Assembly (NCBI GenBank): GCA_944384535.1
Contig: CALWTS010000031.1
Coordinates: forward strand, 71,461 to 135,460
Length of the DNA stretch: 64,000 nucleotides
Reading direction: 5' to 3'
From: an uncultured Clostridia bacterium
Lineage (GTDB): Bacteria; Bacillota; Clostridia; Christensenellales; UBA1242
Shown: in pieces, positions 1 to 9,231 of the stretch
How the letters are laid out: every line of letters begins with the position of its first letter
Numbering within the stretch: position 1 is the first letter of the stretch
Notes under the pieces: generated by a model
Told to the model about the DNA's origin: nothing
Databases searched by the model: none
What the model saw: the letters and a program-made list of their open reading frames with translations, nothing else
Program-made: the position numbers and the translations under genes

Positions 1-1220
1 ATAAATTTCTTTTGATCCTTCAATAAAATTTCTTCTAAACTTTTATCAAAACTCTTAGCCCACCCCAACCATTTAAAATACAATTCCTCGCCTGACAATT
101 TGGAAATTATATTTTTTGAAATATCATTTAATTTAACAATATCAAATACAGGTGCGATTGTAGTTATGTCATTTATTCCAAACTTAAAGTCTCTCCAACT
201 TAAATTAGGATTGTTTTTTCTCCATGTTTCAAACCCTGAATTTATCAAATTCAACAAATATTCAAGAACAGCCTCTTTTGGATAACCATTATTAATATAA
301 AATCTCATATCTGCTTCAGGATCTTTTCTTTTGGAAATTTTTCTTTTATTTCCATTTTCATCAATTTTCCAAATTAAAGGATTATGACAATAATGAATTG
401 GTTTAAAATTAAGATCTTCAAAAAGTTCAATATGCATTTGAGTTGAAGAAATATATTCTTCACCTCTCACAACAATTGTTGTTCCCATTAATGTATCATC
501 AATTGCATGAGCAAACGCATAAGGAGGAATTCCATCATTTTTTAATAAGATAAAATCTTTACTGTTTGCTTTAACATCTATCTCACCTTTAATTAAATCA
601 TAAAACTTAATCCTTTGAGAACCATCATTTCGAGTTTTAAGTCGAATTGCAAAAGGTTCTTTATTTTCTAAATGTCTTTTAACTTCTTCATATGATAAAT
701 CTCTACAAGGATCATATTCTTTTTCATCATCTTGTTCAAACTTAGACTCTCTAAGTCTTAAAACATCTTCTTTTCCCTCCGTTTTCTTACAAAAACAAGG
801 AAAAGCTTTTCCTTCTGCAACAAGTTTTTTAGCAAAAGCTTTATAAATTTCAACTCTTTGACTCTGAACATAGGGACCATATTCTCCATGGTCAACACCA
901 TCAAGATCTTGATATTCATCTGGCCAAATTTCAAATTCTTTGAGAATTTGAAAAATAACATCTTTTGCTTCTTTAATTTCCCTTTTACTGTCAGTATCTT
1001 CAAATCTTACATAGAAAATCCCATTAGTATTTTTAGCTAAATTATAACTTATGAAAGCTTGAAAAAAATTACCAATATGCATAAGTCCTGTTGGACTTGG
1101 AGCATAACGAGTGACCTGACAGTTGTTACCCAATTCCCTTTTAGGATATTTTTTAAAAATCTCATCAATTGATAATTCTATATTAGGAAACAATAATTCA
1201 GCTATTTTTAAATTATTCAT
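1..1220 (-). CDS. gltX: Glutamate--tRNA ligase (3' part runs off the window)
   Basis: Manual translation from ATG at 1220 (SD AAGGAG upstream) gives MNNLKIAELLFP...VTRYAPSPTGLMHIGN (HIGH motif), RFEDTD, YGPYVQSQR and KISKRKD (KMSKS-like). Missing from the ORF track because it has no stop in the window. Confidence 0.95.
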   Translation of the reverse strand, partial: MNNLKIAELLFPNIELSIDEIFKKYPKRELGNNCQVTRYAPSPTGLMHIGNFFQAFISYNLAKNTNGIFYVRFEDTDSKREIKEAKDVIFQILKEFEIWPDEYQDLDGVDHGEYGPYVQSQRVEIYKAFAKKLVAEGKAFPCFCKKTEGKEDVLRLRESKFEQDDEKEYDPCRDLSYEEVKRHLENKEPFAIRLKTRNDGSQRIKFYDLIKGEIDVKANSKDFILLKNDGIPPYAFAHAIDDTLMGTTIVVRGEEYISSTQMHIELFEDLNFKPIHYCHNPLIWKIDENGNKRKISKRKDPEADMRFYINNGYPKEAVLEYLLNLINSGFETWRKNNPNLSWRDFKFGINDITTIAPVFDIVKLNDISKNIISKLSGEELYFKWLGWAKSFDKSLEEILLKDQKKF

Positions 1221-1228
1221 AATTCTCC

Positions 1229-2248
1229 TTATTCACTAACTACAATGTTTTCACGAATATAATGATGAGTTAATAAAATAATGCTATTTGTGTTGCAATA
1301 ATAATTATAAATTTGATTATAGTAAACATCAGCATTACTATTAACATTAACATAGGCGTCTATAGAACCCTCATAAGTGTTTAAATAATCATAAATCGAA
1401 AAATTATCTATAGCTTTATAGAAAATATCCCTTTGATTGTTTATAGCCGAAAAAACATAAACAACATCTTTCATATTTTCAGGAGTAAATGTTTTTAATT
1501 GTTTTACCTGTTCTGTAGCAATAAATTTTAAATAAGAATAAGAAGTATTATAAATGGAATTTCCACTCAAATCCTGTCCTTTACAACTTTGCAAAAGTGT
1601 TAAACGGAAATCATTATAAATTAGTAAAAATTGATGATCAATATAAAATTTTACTTCTTCATCTGTTTGTAAATCGGTTGCTAAATTTTCAGTATATTTT
1701 ACATTATTAATTAAGAACTCACCTAAATCTATAGCTGTTTGATAAACTTTGTTAATAAATTCTTTTGTATAAAGTTTATACCTTGCAAAATATCCATTAT
1801 AAATTTCATTTTCGGCAGTATCTTCAATATTTGCAACATTAAGATTTTCTATTTTTAACTCTTCATAACTTACATTCATTTCATCTATATCATTCATCAA
1901 AGTAGTATAGTTATAACTACCCTTTAAATTTTCAATCAAAACATAATATTTATCAATAAAATTTAAACCTGTTGCTGTTAAAATATAATATTGATAAAAA
2001 TCTTCAGAATTTAAACCATCATTATTTTTGACAAAAAAATTATTTAAATAAAAATCAGTTTCCATGTTTATTTCTGAAATTGTACTGTGAGAAAAAAGAT
2101 TAGTATTTTCTTTATATGTTTGCATCGTACTTTGAAATGCCTGAAAAGTGTCTTTTGCTGTCCCTATATCTCCACATGCAAAAAGAACCATACTTGAAGT
2201 AATCAAAATAGCGGTTAATAATGAAATAATAAGATTTTTTCTTTTCAT
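1229..2248 (-). CDS. Putative lipoprotein
   Basis: 339-aa ORF with a basic N-terminus, hydrophobic stretch and lipobox LFA-C. Confidence 0.7.
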   Translation of the reverse strand: MKRKNLIISLLTAILITSSMVLFACGDIGTAKDTFQAFQSTMQTYKENTNLFSHSTISEINMETDFYLNNFFVKNNDGLNSEDFYQYYILTATGLNFIDKYYVLIENLKGSYNYTTLMNDIDEMNVSYEELKIENLNVANIEDTAENEIYNGYFARYKLYTKEFINKVYQTAIDLGEFLINNVKYTENLATDLQTDEEVKFYIDHQFLLIYNDFRLTLLQSCKGQDLSGNSIYNTSYSYLKFIATEQVKQLKTFTPENMKDVVYVFSAINNQRDIFYKAIDNFSIYDYLNTYEGSIDAYVNVNSNADVYYNQIYNYYCNTNSIILLTHHYIRENIVVSE

Positions 2249-2251
2249 GTT

Positions 2252-3241
2252 TTACCCCCTACAATCTAAGAAATCTTTTACAGTGTTATAAAGACCTTCT
2301 TTATCGTTAACACCACTATAAACCTTAGAAATTACACCATCTGAACTACTGCTAATTGAAGCTAACACCTCATAAAAATTATTTTCTTCATATAACTCAA
2401 AAAATTTACTTATTTTTTCGTATTTCTCTTGAATTGTTTTATCAAAAGTATAATTTCTTATTTCACTTTTATTTGAAATATAATTATCAACAAAACTTTC
2501 AAAATAAAGTACAGTATTGTGAGATTTATAGTTATAATTACTGCTTGAAAGATTACTTTTTACATCAGAAGAAACAATCACTTTAAATTCATCTTTTATA
2601 ACATCTACATAATCGTTAATGGTATTTAATATAGTCGTAGATGCTAAGTTAGAAGTAACAGATTCTTTAAAACACCCTTCATAACATTTACTTAATCTCT
2701 CTAAAGCCTGTTGATAATTATTTAGCCAATTATAATATTCAGTACGCAAATCTATCATTGCATTTTGTAAGTAAGATGCAGCTGTTTCCGTTAATCTTGC
2801 AATTTCTGTTAAAATATTATTTAAATTTTTTTGATTTTCTTGAGCATTTTTTAAACTTTCATCAATACCTTTATAATTATCTTTCATAACATTATTTTGA
2901 TCAGCAAAAGCAATAAAATCATTATAATAAACCATTACATCACTCAATGTATCAGAAATTATAATTATGTCTGACATCTCTTCAGAATAATACTTCACGA
3001 TTGAATTGTTTTTAATTTTATTTTGAAAATCCTCATACTTATCTCTTTCATCTTGGTTCTTAAGAAATGAGGTGTCTGCTGTTGTTTGTAATGTTTCAAT
3101 CATTCCACTAGTATTTGCTGGAATAACCATTAAAATAATAACTACTGCTATAACAAGGAAAACTAAAACACCTAAAATAACCAACCATTTCTTATTGCCT
3201 GTTGTATAAACTTTTTCTTCACCAGACTTTTTCTTTCCCAT
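2252..3241 (-). CDS. Membrane-anchored helical protein of unknown function
   Basis: 329-aa ORF with one N-terminal TM helix and SD AAGGAGG; co-directional with dnaB. Confidence 0.7.
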   Translation of the reverse strand: MGKKKSGEEKVYTTGNKKWLVILGVLVFLVIAVVIILMVIPANTSGMIETLQTTADTSFLKNQDERDKYEDFQNKIKNNSIVKYYSEEMSDIIIISDTLSDVMVYYNDFIAFADQNNVMKDNYKGIDESLKNAQENQKNLNNILTEIARLTETAASYLQNAMIDLRTEYYNWLNNYQQALERLSKCYEGCFKESVTSNLASTTILNTINDYVDVIKDEFKVIVSSDVKSNLSSSNYNYKSHNTVLYFESFVDNYISNKSEIRNYTFDKTIQEKYEKISKFFELYEENNFYEVLASISSSSDGVISKVYSGVNDKEGLYNTVKDFLDCRG

Positions 3242-3253
3242 ATTTCCTCCTTA

Positions 3254-4690
3254 TTATTCTTCATCTCCAAAAACATCGATAGATGATGGGTTCTCAATAG
3301 GTTTTTCTTCTATTTTTTGTGCATCTATATACTCTTTTTTAGATAAATAAACTTTTTCATTTAAATTTGTAAAAGTTGTATATTCTCCAATCCACCTTAA
3401 TTTCACCGTTCCTTGTCTACCATTTCTGTGCTTCGCAATTATAAGTTCAACTGTACCTGGTTCATCTTCTTGTGGAACATCGTTATATTTTTCTGGATTA
3501 TATAAAAACAAAACAATATCTGCATCTTGTTCAATAGAACCAGAATCACGCAAATCTGAAAGCAAAGGTCTGTGATCACCTTGTCTACTTTCCACACTAC
3601 GTGATAATTGAGAAAGTGCTATTATTGGAACATTTAATTCTTTCGCCGCTATTTTTAAGCTTCTAGAAATCTCTGAAACTTCAATTTGACGATTCTCTGT
3701 TTTCTTTTTCCCAGAGTACATTAATTGAATGTAGTCAATCATTATTAAATTGATATCCTCTTTTGCTTTCAATCTTCTACATTTTGCCAGTACATCTGCT
3801 GGAGTTGTTAACGACGAATCATCAACGTATAATCCACTTTGTTCTAATTTTTTTGTAGCTGCCCAAATCCGTTTCCACTCTTCAGCATCCATCGTTCCAT
3901 TAAGTGCTTTTGCCATACTTACTTTAGCCAAAGAACATATTGCCCTTTGCATTAATTGTTCTCTACTCATCTCTAACGAAAAAATAGCACACTTTTTTCC
4001 TTCTTCAGTTGCTGCATGAACTAAAACATTCATAGCAAAAGATGTTTTACCAACTCCCGGTCTTGCAGCTAATAAAATTAAATCAGAGTTTTGTAAACCA
4101 TTTGTTATTTTATCAAACTCATAAAATCCTGTTGCTATACCATTAAGAGAGGTTGGATCTTTTGCAATTTTATCAAATTTATCTATAACATTTTTAATAG
4201 CACCATTTGTTATTCCAACATGTTCAAGAGTTGACCCTCCTTGCTTTTGAGAAATATCAAAAATTTCTTTTTGAGCAAAATTCAAAGTTTCTTCTTGATC
4301 GCTATTATCATAAGCATCTTCAATAATACGCTGTCCCGCATTAATAAGCTTTCTTCTTGTTGAATCAGCTTTAACAATATCGCAATAATAATTAAAATTA
4401 GCAGCTGAAGGAACAACATTTGACAATGTTGTAATGTATGAAATCCCTCCAACCTTTTCTAGTATTTTATCTTTATCAAGTTGATCAGATAATGTTACAA
4501 AATCGACAGGTATTGATTTTAAATAAACTTTATTCATAGCCATGAATATATCTTTATGAGCCTGTGAATAAAAATCATCCTCTTTCATAGTAGACAAAAT
4601 ATCAGCTTGACTTTGAACATCAATTAAAATACACCCCAAAACAGCTTGTTCTGCTTCAATATTGTGAGGCATAATTTTAAAGTTTTGCAT
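3254..4690 (-). CDS. dnaB: Replicative DNA helicase
   Basis: PHNIEAEQAVLG N-terminus, Walker A ARPGVGKT, IDYIQL, LSQLSR, DLRDSGSIEQDAD, KHRNG. Confidence 0.97.
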   Translation of the reverse strand: MQNFKIMPHNIEAEQAVLGCILIDVQSQADILSTMKEDDFYSQAHKDIFMAMNKVYLKSIPVDFVTLSDQLDKDKILEKVGGISYITTLSNVVPSAANFNYYCDIVKADSTRRKLINAGQRIIEDAYDNSDQEETLNFAQKEIFDISQKQGGSTLEHVGITNGAIKNVIDKFDKIAKDPTSLNGIATGFYEFDKITNGLQNSDLILLAARPGVGKTSFAMNVLVHAATEEGKKCAIFSLEMSREQLMQRAICSLAKVSMAKALNGTMDAEEWKRIWAATKKLEQSGLYVDDSSLTTPADVLAKCRRLKAKEDINLIMIDYIQLMYSGKKKTENRQIEVSEISRSLKIAAKELNVPIIALSQLSRSVESRQGDHRPLLSDLRDSGSIEQDADIVLFLYNPEKYNDVPQEDEPGTVELIIAKHRNGRQGTVKLRWIGEYTTFTNLNEKVYLSKKEYIDAQKIEEKPIENPSSIDVFGDEE

Positions 4691-4698
4691 AAATCCTC

Positions 4699-4965
4699 CT
4701 AATTATGCGAGAAAGGATCTTTCTTCCCAGACTTCTCAAGTTTTTCTTTCTTCTTTTTATCAATTTTAGCACAGATAAATAAAAAGAGCAAGTATAAAAC
4801 TGAGGTAATACAAATGATAATAAAACCACAAAGAACTTTATTTAATGATGTGTATGTCAAAAAAAGAAAACATATAAAAGCATCTAAAACAAAAACACCA
4901 ATTAAAAACCATATCAAACGCTTATAAGTAATTTTAAGATCTCTTTTTTCTTTAGGTAATAGCAT
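4699..4965 (-). CDS. Small two-TM membrane protein
   Basis: 88-aa ORF with SD AGGAGG and two hydrophobic helices. Confidence 0.7.
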   Translation of the reverse strand: MLLPKEKRDLKITYKRLIWFLIGVFVLDAFICFLFLTYTSLNKVLCGFIIICITSVLYLLFLFICAKIDKKKKEKLEKSGKKDPFSHN

Positions 4966-4985
4966 TTGTCACCTCCTTTTATAAA

Positions 4986-6818
4986 TTAAATTTCACCTCT
5001 TAAAACCTTTCCACGTTCTCTAAGGCGCATATTATGATCGAGGATAATTTTTCTAATTCTAAGACTTTTTGGAGTAACTTCTAAAATTTCATCATCAGCG
5101 AGAAACTCTATATCATCTTCTAGACTCATCTTTCGAGGTGGGGTAAGTCTTAGCGCTTCATCAGAACCTGAAGCACGACAATTTGAAAGATGTTTTCTTT
5201 TGCAAACATTGACAACAATATCATCTCCTTTTGGATTAGCTCCAACAACCATTCCTGCATAAACAGGGACTCCAGGTCCTATAAACAAATTTCCTCTTTC
5301 TTGTGCGTTAAATAAACCATATACTATAGATTCTCCACTTTCATGAGCAATTAAAGAACCGTAATCTCTTCTTTTAATCTCACCTTTCCAAGGTTCATAA
5401 TCATAGAAAATAGAATTTATAACACCTTCCCCTTTTGTATCAGTTAATAATTCACTTTTAAAGCCAAACAAACCTCTTGATGGAATAAGAAATTCCATTT
5501 TCATTCTATTTCCGTGTGGTGTCATTTGCACCAACTCACCTTTTCTAATTCCCATTTTTTGCATAACTGTCCCAGTACAATCTTCGGGAACATCTAAAAA
5601 CAATCTATCAATAGGTTCACATTTTACTCCGTTAATTTCTTTTATTAATACCTTTGGCATTGAAACTTGAAATTCATATCCATCTCGACGCATATTTTCA
5701 ATAAGTATTGATAAATGCATTTCTCCCCTACCGCTTACTTTAAACTGCTCTGCGGTTCTTCCATCTTCAACTCTTAATGATAAATCTTTAACAGCTTCTT
5801 TATATAACCTATCTCTTAAATGTCTTGATGTAACAAATTTCCCTTCTTTACCAGCAAAAGGACTATCATTTACCATAAAAGTCATTTCAACACTTGGTTC
5901 AGCAATTTTTACAAATTCTATTGGTTCAACATTTTCACTTGCACAAATGGTGTCTCCAATTTGGATTCCCTCCAAACCAGCAACACATACAATTTCTCCA
6001 ATATTTGCGGTTTGTACAGGTGTTTTCTTTAAACCTTCAAAAACAAATAAACTTACTACTTTAGATTTAATTTTTTTATTTTGGTCATGATAATTACATA
6101 AAACTACATTTTGCCCAACACTTAAACTACCTCGACTAATTTTACCAACTGCAAGTTTTCCAACATAGTCATTATGTTCAGCAGATGAAACAAGCATTTG
6201 ACATGGAGCCTTATCGTCTCCTTCTGGAGCAGGTATATATTCAATAATTTTTTCAAAAAGAGGATTCATGTTTTTTCCCATAATGTTTTTATCAATACTT
6301 GCAATACCTGCACGGGCAGATGCAAAAACAAATGGAGAGTTTAATTGCTCTTCATCTGCATCAAGCTCTAAAAACAATTCAAGAACTTCATCTATAACCT
6401 CATTAATTCTTGCATCATATCTATCAATTTTGTTTATAACAACAATAACTTTTAATTTTAAAGCAAGAGCCTTTTCTAGAACAAATCTGGTTTGAGGCAT
6501 AGGACCTTCATAAGCATCTACTACAAGCAAAACGCCATCAACCATTTTTAAAACACGTTCTACTTCTCCGCCAAAATCTGCATGTCCTGGAGTATCAATA
6601 ATATTTATTTTTACATCATTGTATAAACAAGAACAGTTTTTAGATAAAATAGTAATTCCTCTTTCTCTTTCCAAAGCATTTGAATCCATTACCCTATCTT
6701 CAACAACCTGATTATCTCTAAACACACTTCCTTGTTTAAGAAGTTCATTAACTAATGAAGTTTTTCCATGATCTACATGTGCAATAATTGCAATATTCCT
6801 AATCTTTTCGTTTTTCAT
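4986..6818 (-). CDS. typA: Translational GTPase TypA/BipA
   Basis: IRNIAIIAHVDHGKT, ERERGITIL, DTPGHADFGGEVER, NKID, GRGEMHLSILIE. Confidence 0.97.
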   Translation of the reverse strand: MKNEKIRNIAIIAHVDHGKTSLVNELLKQGSVFRDNQVVEDRVMDSNALERERGITILSKNCSCLYNDVKINIIDTPGHADFGGEVERVLKMVDGVLLVVDAYEGPMPQTRFVLEKALALKLKVIVVINKIDRYDARINEVIDEVLELFLELDADEEQLNSPFVFASARAGIASIDKNIMGKNMNPLFEKIIEYIPAPEGDDKAPCQMLVSSAEHNDYVGKLAVGKISRGSLSVGQNVVLCNYHDQNKKIKSKVVSLFVFEGLKKTPVQTANIGEIVCVAGLEGIQIGDTICASENVEPIEFVKIAEPSVEMTFMVNDSPFAGKEGKFVTSRHLRDRLYKEAVKDLSLRVEDGRTAEQFKVSGRGEMHLSILIENMRRDGYEFQVSMPKVLIKEINGVKCEPIDRLFLDVPEDCTGTVMQKMGIRKGELVQMTPHGNRMKMEFLIPSRGLFGFKSELLTDTKGEGVINSIFYDYEPWKGEIKRRDYGSLIAHESGESIVYGLFNAQERGNLFIGPGVPVYAGMVVGANPKGDDIVVNVCKRKHLSNCRASGSDEALRLTPPRKMSLEDDIEFLADDEILEVTPKSLRIRKIILDHNMRLRERGKVLRGEI

Positions 6819-6954
6819 TTTATTTTATCCCTTTTAACCGATATATTTTAGCATAATAAAAGCAATTTTACAAGTAAGATAAAATAAATTCTAGCAAAAT
6901 CAAAAATGAAACAAAAAAAAGAGCTTATTAAGGACTATAAACTTTGAAACTAGC

Positions 6955-6990
6955 AAAAAAATGAACCTAGAAATTTCTAGGTCATTTTTT
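6955..6990. terminator. Intrinsic terminator downstream of the AAA ATPase gene
   Basis: AAAAAAATGA-A-CCTAGAA/TTCTAGG-TCATTTTTT stem with flanking A/T tracts. Confidence 0.6.
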
Positions 6991-8782
6991 ATTCTTCTTC
7001 AAATTGTTTAAGTCTTCCTATATCTTCATTAGATACACTTGATTTTAATTCTTTTGAAACATTTAACGCATCTTCCATAGTTATTAAATGTTCTTCGCCA
7101 GTCTTAATACTTTGATTTATGGCTTGCATCTTCAGCCTTTCACAAAACTCTGTAATATCTGCGCCATTAAATCCGTTTGTTAATTTTGCTAATTCTTCAA
7201 AATCTAGTTCTTCAGTTGGAATACCTTTCAATTTTATTTCAAACAATTTTATTCTTGCTTCTTTGTCTGGCAATGGTATATAGATTTTTTCATCAAATCT
7301 TCCTGGTCTTAGAAAAGCACTATCTATTGACCAAGGCTTATTTGTTGCAGCAATCACAACAATAGTCGAGTCATTTGCAGAAGTTCCAACACCTTGCATT
7401 TCGGCAAGAATTTCCGGAACTAAATCATTATTCCCATTGTCTGCACTTTCTGTTCTTTTTGAGCCAATCGCCTCAAATTCATCAAAGAATATAACTGCTC
7501 TTTGGGCTTTTCTTGCTTTTGTAAAGATTTCTTTAACTTTCTGCTCAGATTCTCCATACCATTTTGACTTTATATCCGAGCATTTAACTGGCAAAAACAA
7601 AGCATCAACTTCATTAGATGCGGCTTCTGCAAACATTGTCTTTCCAGTTCCTGGCAATCCATACAGAAGAATTCCACCACCAGCTTTCTTACCAAATTTT
7701 TTGTATAACTCTGGGTGTTCAAAAGGCAAAATTACTTTTTCTCTAAAGGCATCTTTTGCTTTATCAAGACCTGCAATATCGTTAAATGTTATAGAACTTG
7801 TTTTAACTTTTTTATTGCTGTCATTAGATTTTTTACTTGATTTTTGCAACACCGAAGAATCTCCACCAGCGTAAGCGACTATAGCATTTATCAGATCAGA
7901 TTTTTTTGTTCCAGACGCAACAATACCTATTTTATCACAATACTCTGCCAAATCATCTTTTCTAATTTGTTGTAATGCACTTTTGTTTGTTCCACATTCA
8001 CTAACTAATGCCGTTAGTTTTTTATAATATTTTTCTTCCTTTTTATGTTCAATTTTCTCACTCATTTTTCCAAAAGGATTCAAGTTATTCATATCTAACA
8101 ATGCTTTTATTCCAGACATCAAAAGACATAATAAGACTGTCGCAACAACTCCAATTAAACATATTATTAACGGAAACCAATTTGCCGAGCCACTCACAAA
8201 AGGAGATATAAAACTTAAACCAAGAATTACTGCAGTTCCTATCCAAGTTCCTACACTTTCAAAAATATCTGACAATTCTAAATCTTTAAATAAAATAATA
8301 AAAAGATAAACTAACGCCAGTATAATAGGAGCAATGATTATTATCAGCCACCAAGTTTGATAAGTATTCCAAAGGTTATCAAATGTAGCAGTCCACGAAT
8401 CAAGTTCCAATTTGTCTATATTCCCGTCAACAACTATATAACTATTTCTTGTTCCATTATTATTAGCTTTAACACCAAAATCCCAATAAAATTTCACATT
8501 TTTAACAAACTGATTATCTTTATACAACCTAAAAGTGCAATCTTCTTTTATCATATTATATATGGTATTATTTTCAAAATATAGCAAAAAATCAATTCTT
8601 GTTGTGTCATTCTCAGCATTATATGTGTATGTAATTTCTTTTGAAGTTGCACAACCAGTTTGAGTTTTATCTGTTGATGCACAACCAGTAAATAAAGTCA
8701 TAACAAAAAATAATACAACAAATGCTAGAAATATTTTTAATATTAAACTTTTTCTATTATTAAGAGTTTCTAAATGTTCCAT
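6989..8782 (-). CDS. Membrane-anchored AAA+ ATPase (CDC48/Vps4-like AAA domain, N-terminal lipobox, TM helices, SAP/HeH-like segment)
   Basis: Walker A GLPGTGKT, SKWYGESEQ pore loop, Walker B FFDEFE, SRH AATNKPWSIDSAFLRPGRFD; LFTG-C lipobox. Start moved to ATG 8782 because the longer ORF start reads through the non-coding hairpin. Confidence 0.85.
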   Translation of the reverse strand: MEHLETLNNRKSLILKIFLAFVVLFFVMTLFTGCASTDKTQTGCATSKEITYTYNAENDTTRIDFLLYFENNTIYNMIKEDCTFRLYKDNQFVKNVKFYWDFGVKANNNGTRNSYIVVDGNIDKLELDSWTATFDNLWNTYQTWWLIIIIAPIILALVYLFIILFKDLELSDIFESVGTWIGTAVILGLSFISPFVSGSANWFPLIICLIGVVATVLLCLLMSGIKALLDMNNLNPFGKMSEKIEHKKEEKYYKKLTALVSECGTNKSALQQIRKDDLAEYCDKIGIVASGTKKSDLINAIVAYAGGDSSVLQKSSKKSNDSNKKVKTSSITFNDIAGLDKAKDAFREKVILPFEHPELYKKFGKKAGGGILLYGLPGTGKTMFAEAASNEVDALFLPVKCSDIKSKWYGESEQKVKEIFTKARKAQRAVIFFDEFEAIGSKRTESADNGNNDLVPEILAEMQGVGTSANDSTIVVIAATNKPWSIDSAFLRPGRFDEKIYIPLPDKEARIKLFEIKLKGIPTEELDFEELAKLTNGFNGADITEFCERLKMQAINQSIKTGEEHLITMEDALNVSKELKSSVSNEDIGRLKQFEEE

Positions 8783-8876
8783 AATTTTACCTTTAATAAA
8801 AATATCAATTTCATTATAACATATAAAATTGCAAATTGTGCTAATAAAATATAAATAATATATAAATTTTATTATT

Positions 8877-8947
8877 TGGCATTTAGGCGTGTGCTTGTCT
8901 TGATACAAGTCGGTGTCGCTTCGCTCCACCGAAAGACAAGCACACGC
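8877..8947 (+). repeat. Hairpin repeat copy 1; putative rolling-circle double-strand origin
   Basis: 15-bp stem GCGTGTGCTTGTCTT/AAGACAAGCACACGC enclosing an inner CGGTG..CACCG hairpin. Contains CTTGATA (8899-8905), the phiX174/pC194-type nick motif. Near-identical inverted copy at 53155-53222. Confidence 0.75.
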
Positions 8948-9231
8948 TAATAATCCAATTGTGTTACAAAAAGAGCGGTTGCTGGCAGAGCGTAACGCAA
9001 TCCGCTCTTTTGTTTTTTCTCTCTTTTTCTAGTATAAACGAATATTCTTTGTTGTCAATGTTAAATTGAATGTCTAAAAATTTGCAAATTGAAAATTATA
9101 ATAACAACCTATGACAACGGCAGAAGTATTCGTTTTTTTTGCAATTAAGAGAGAATTAAGCGCAAAAGAAAACATAGGTGGTTTTTACCTATGTTTCTCT
9201 TTAATATTCTGCTAGTTTCAAAATTGCTTGC

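Noticed and set aside
100-1040. Short ORFs over the first kilobase and other antisense ORFs inside long genes
   Set aside because: Shadow frames of gltX and other real genes.
8783-8929. N-terminal extension of the AAA ATPase ORF (MERSDTDLYQDKHT...)
   Set aside because: It reads through the origin hairpin and AT-rich promoter DNA; the signal peptide fits a start at 8782.
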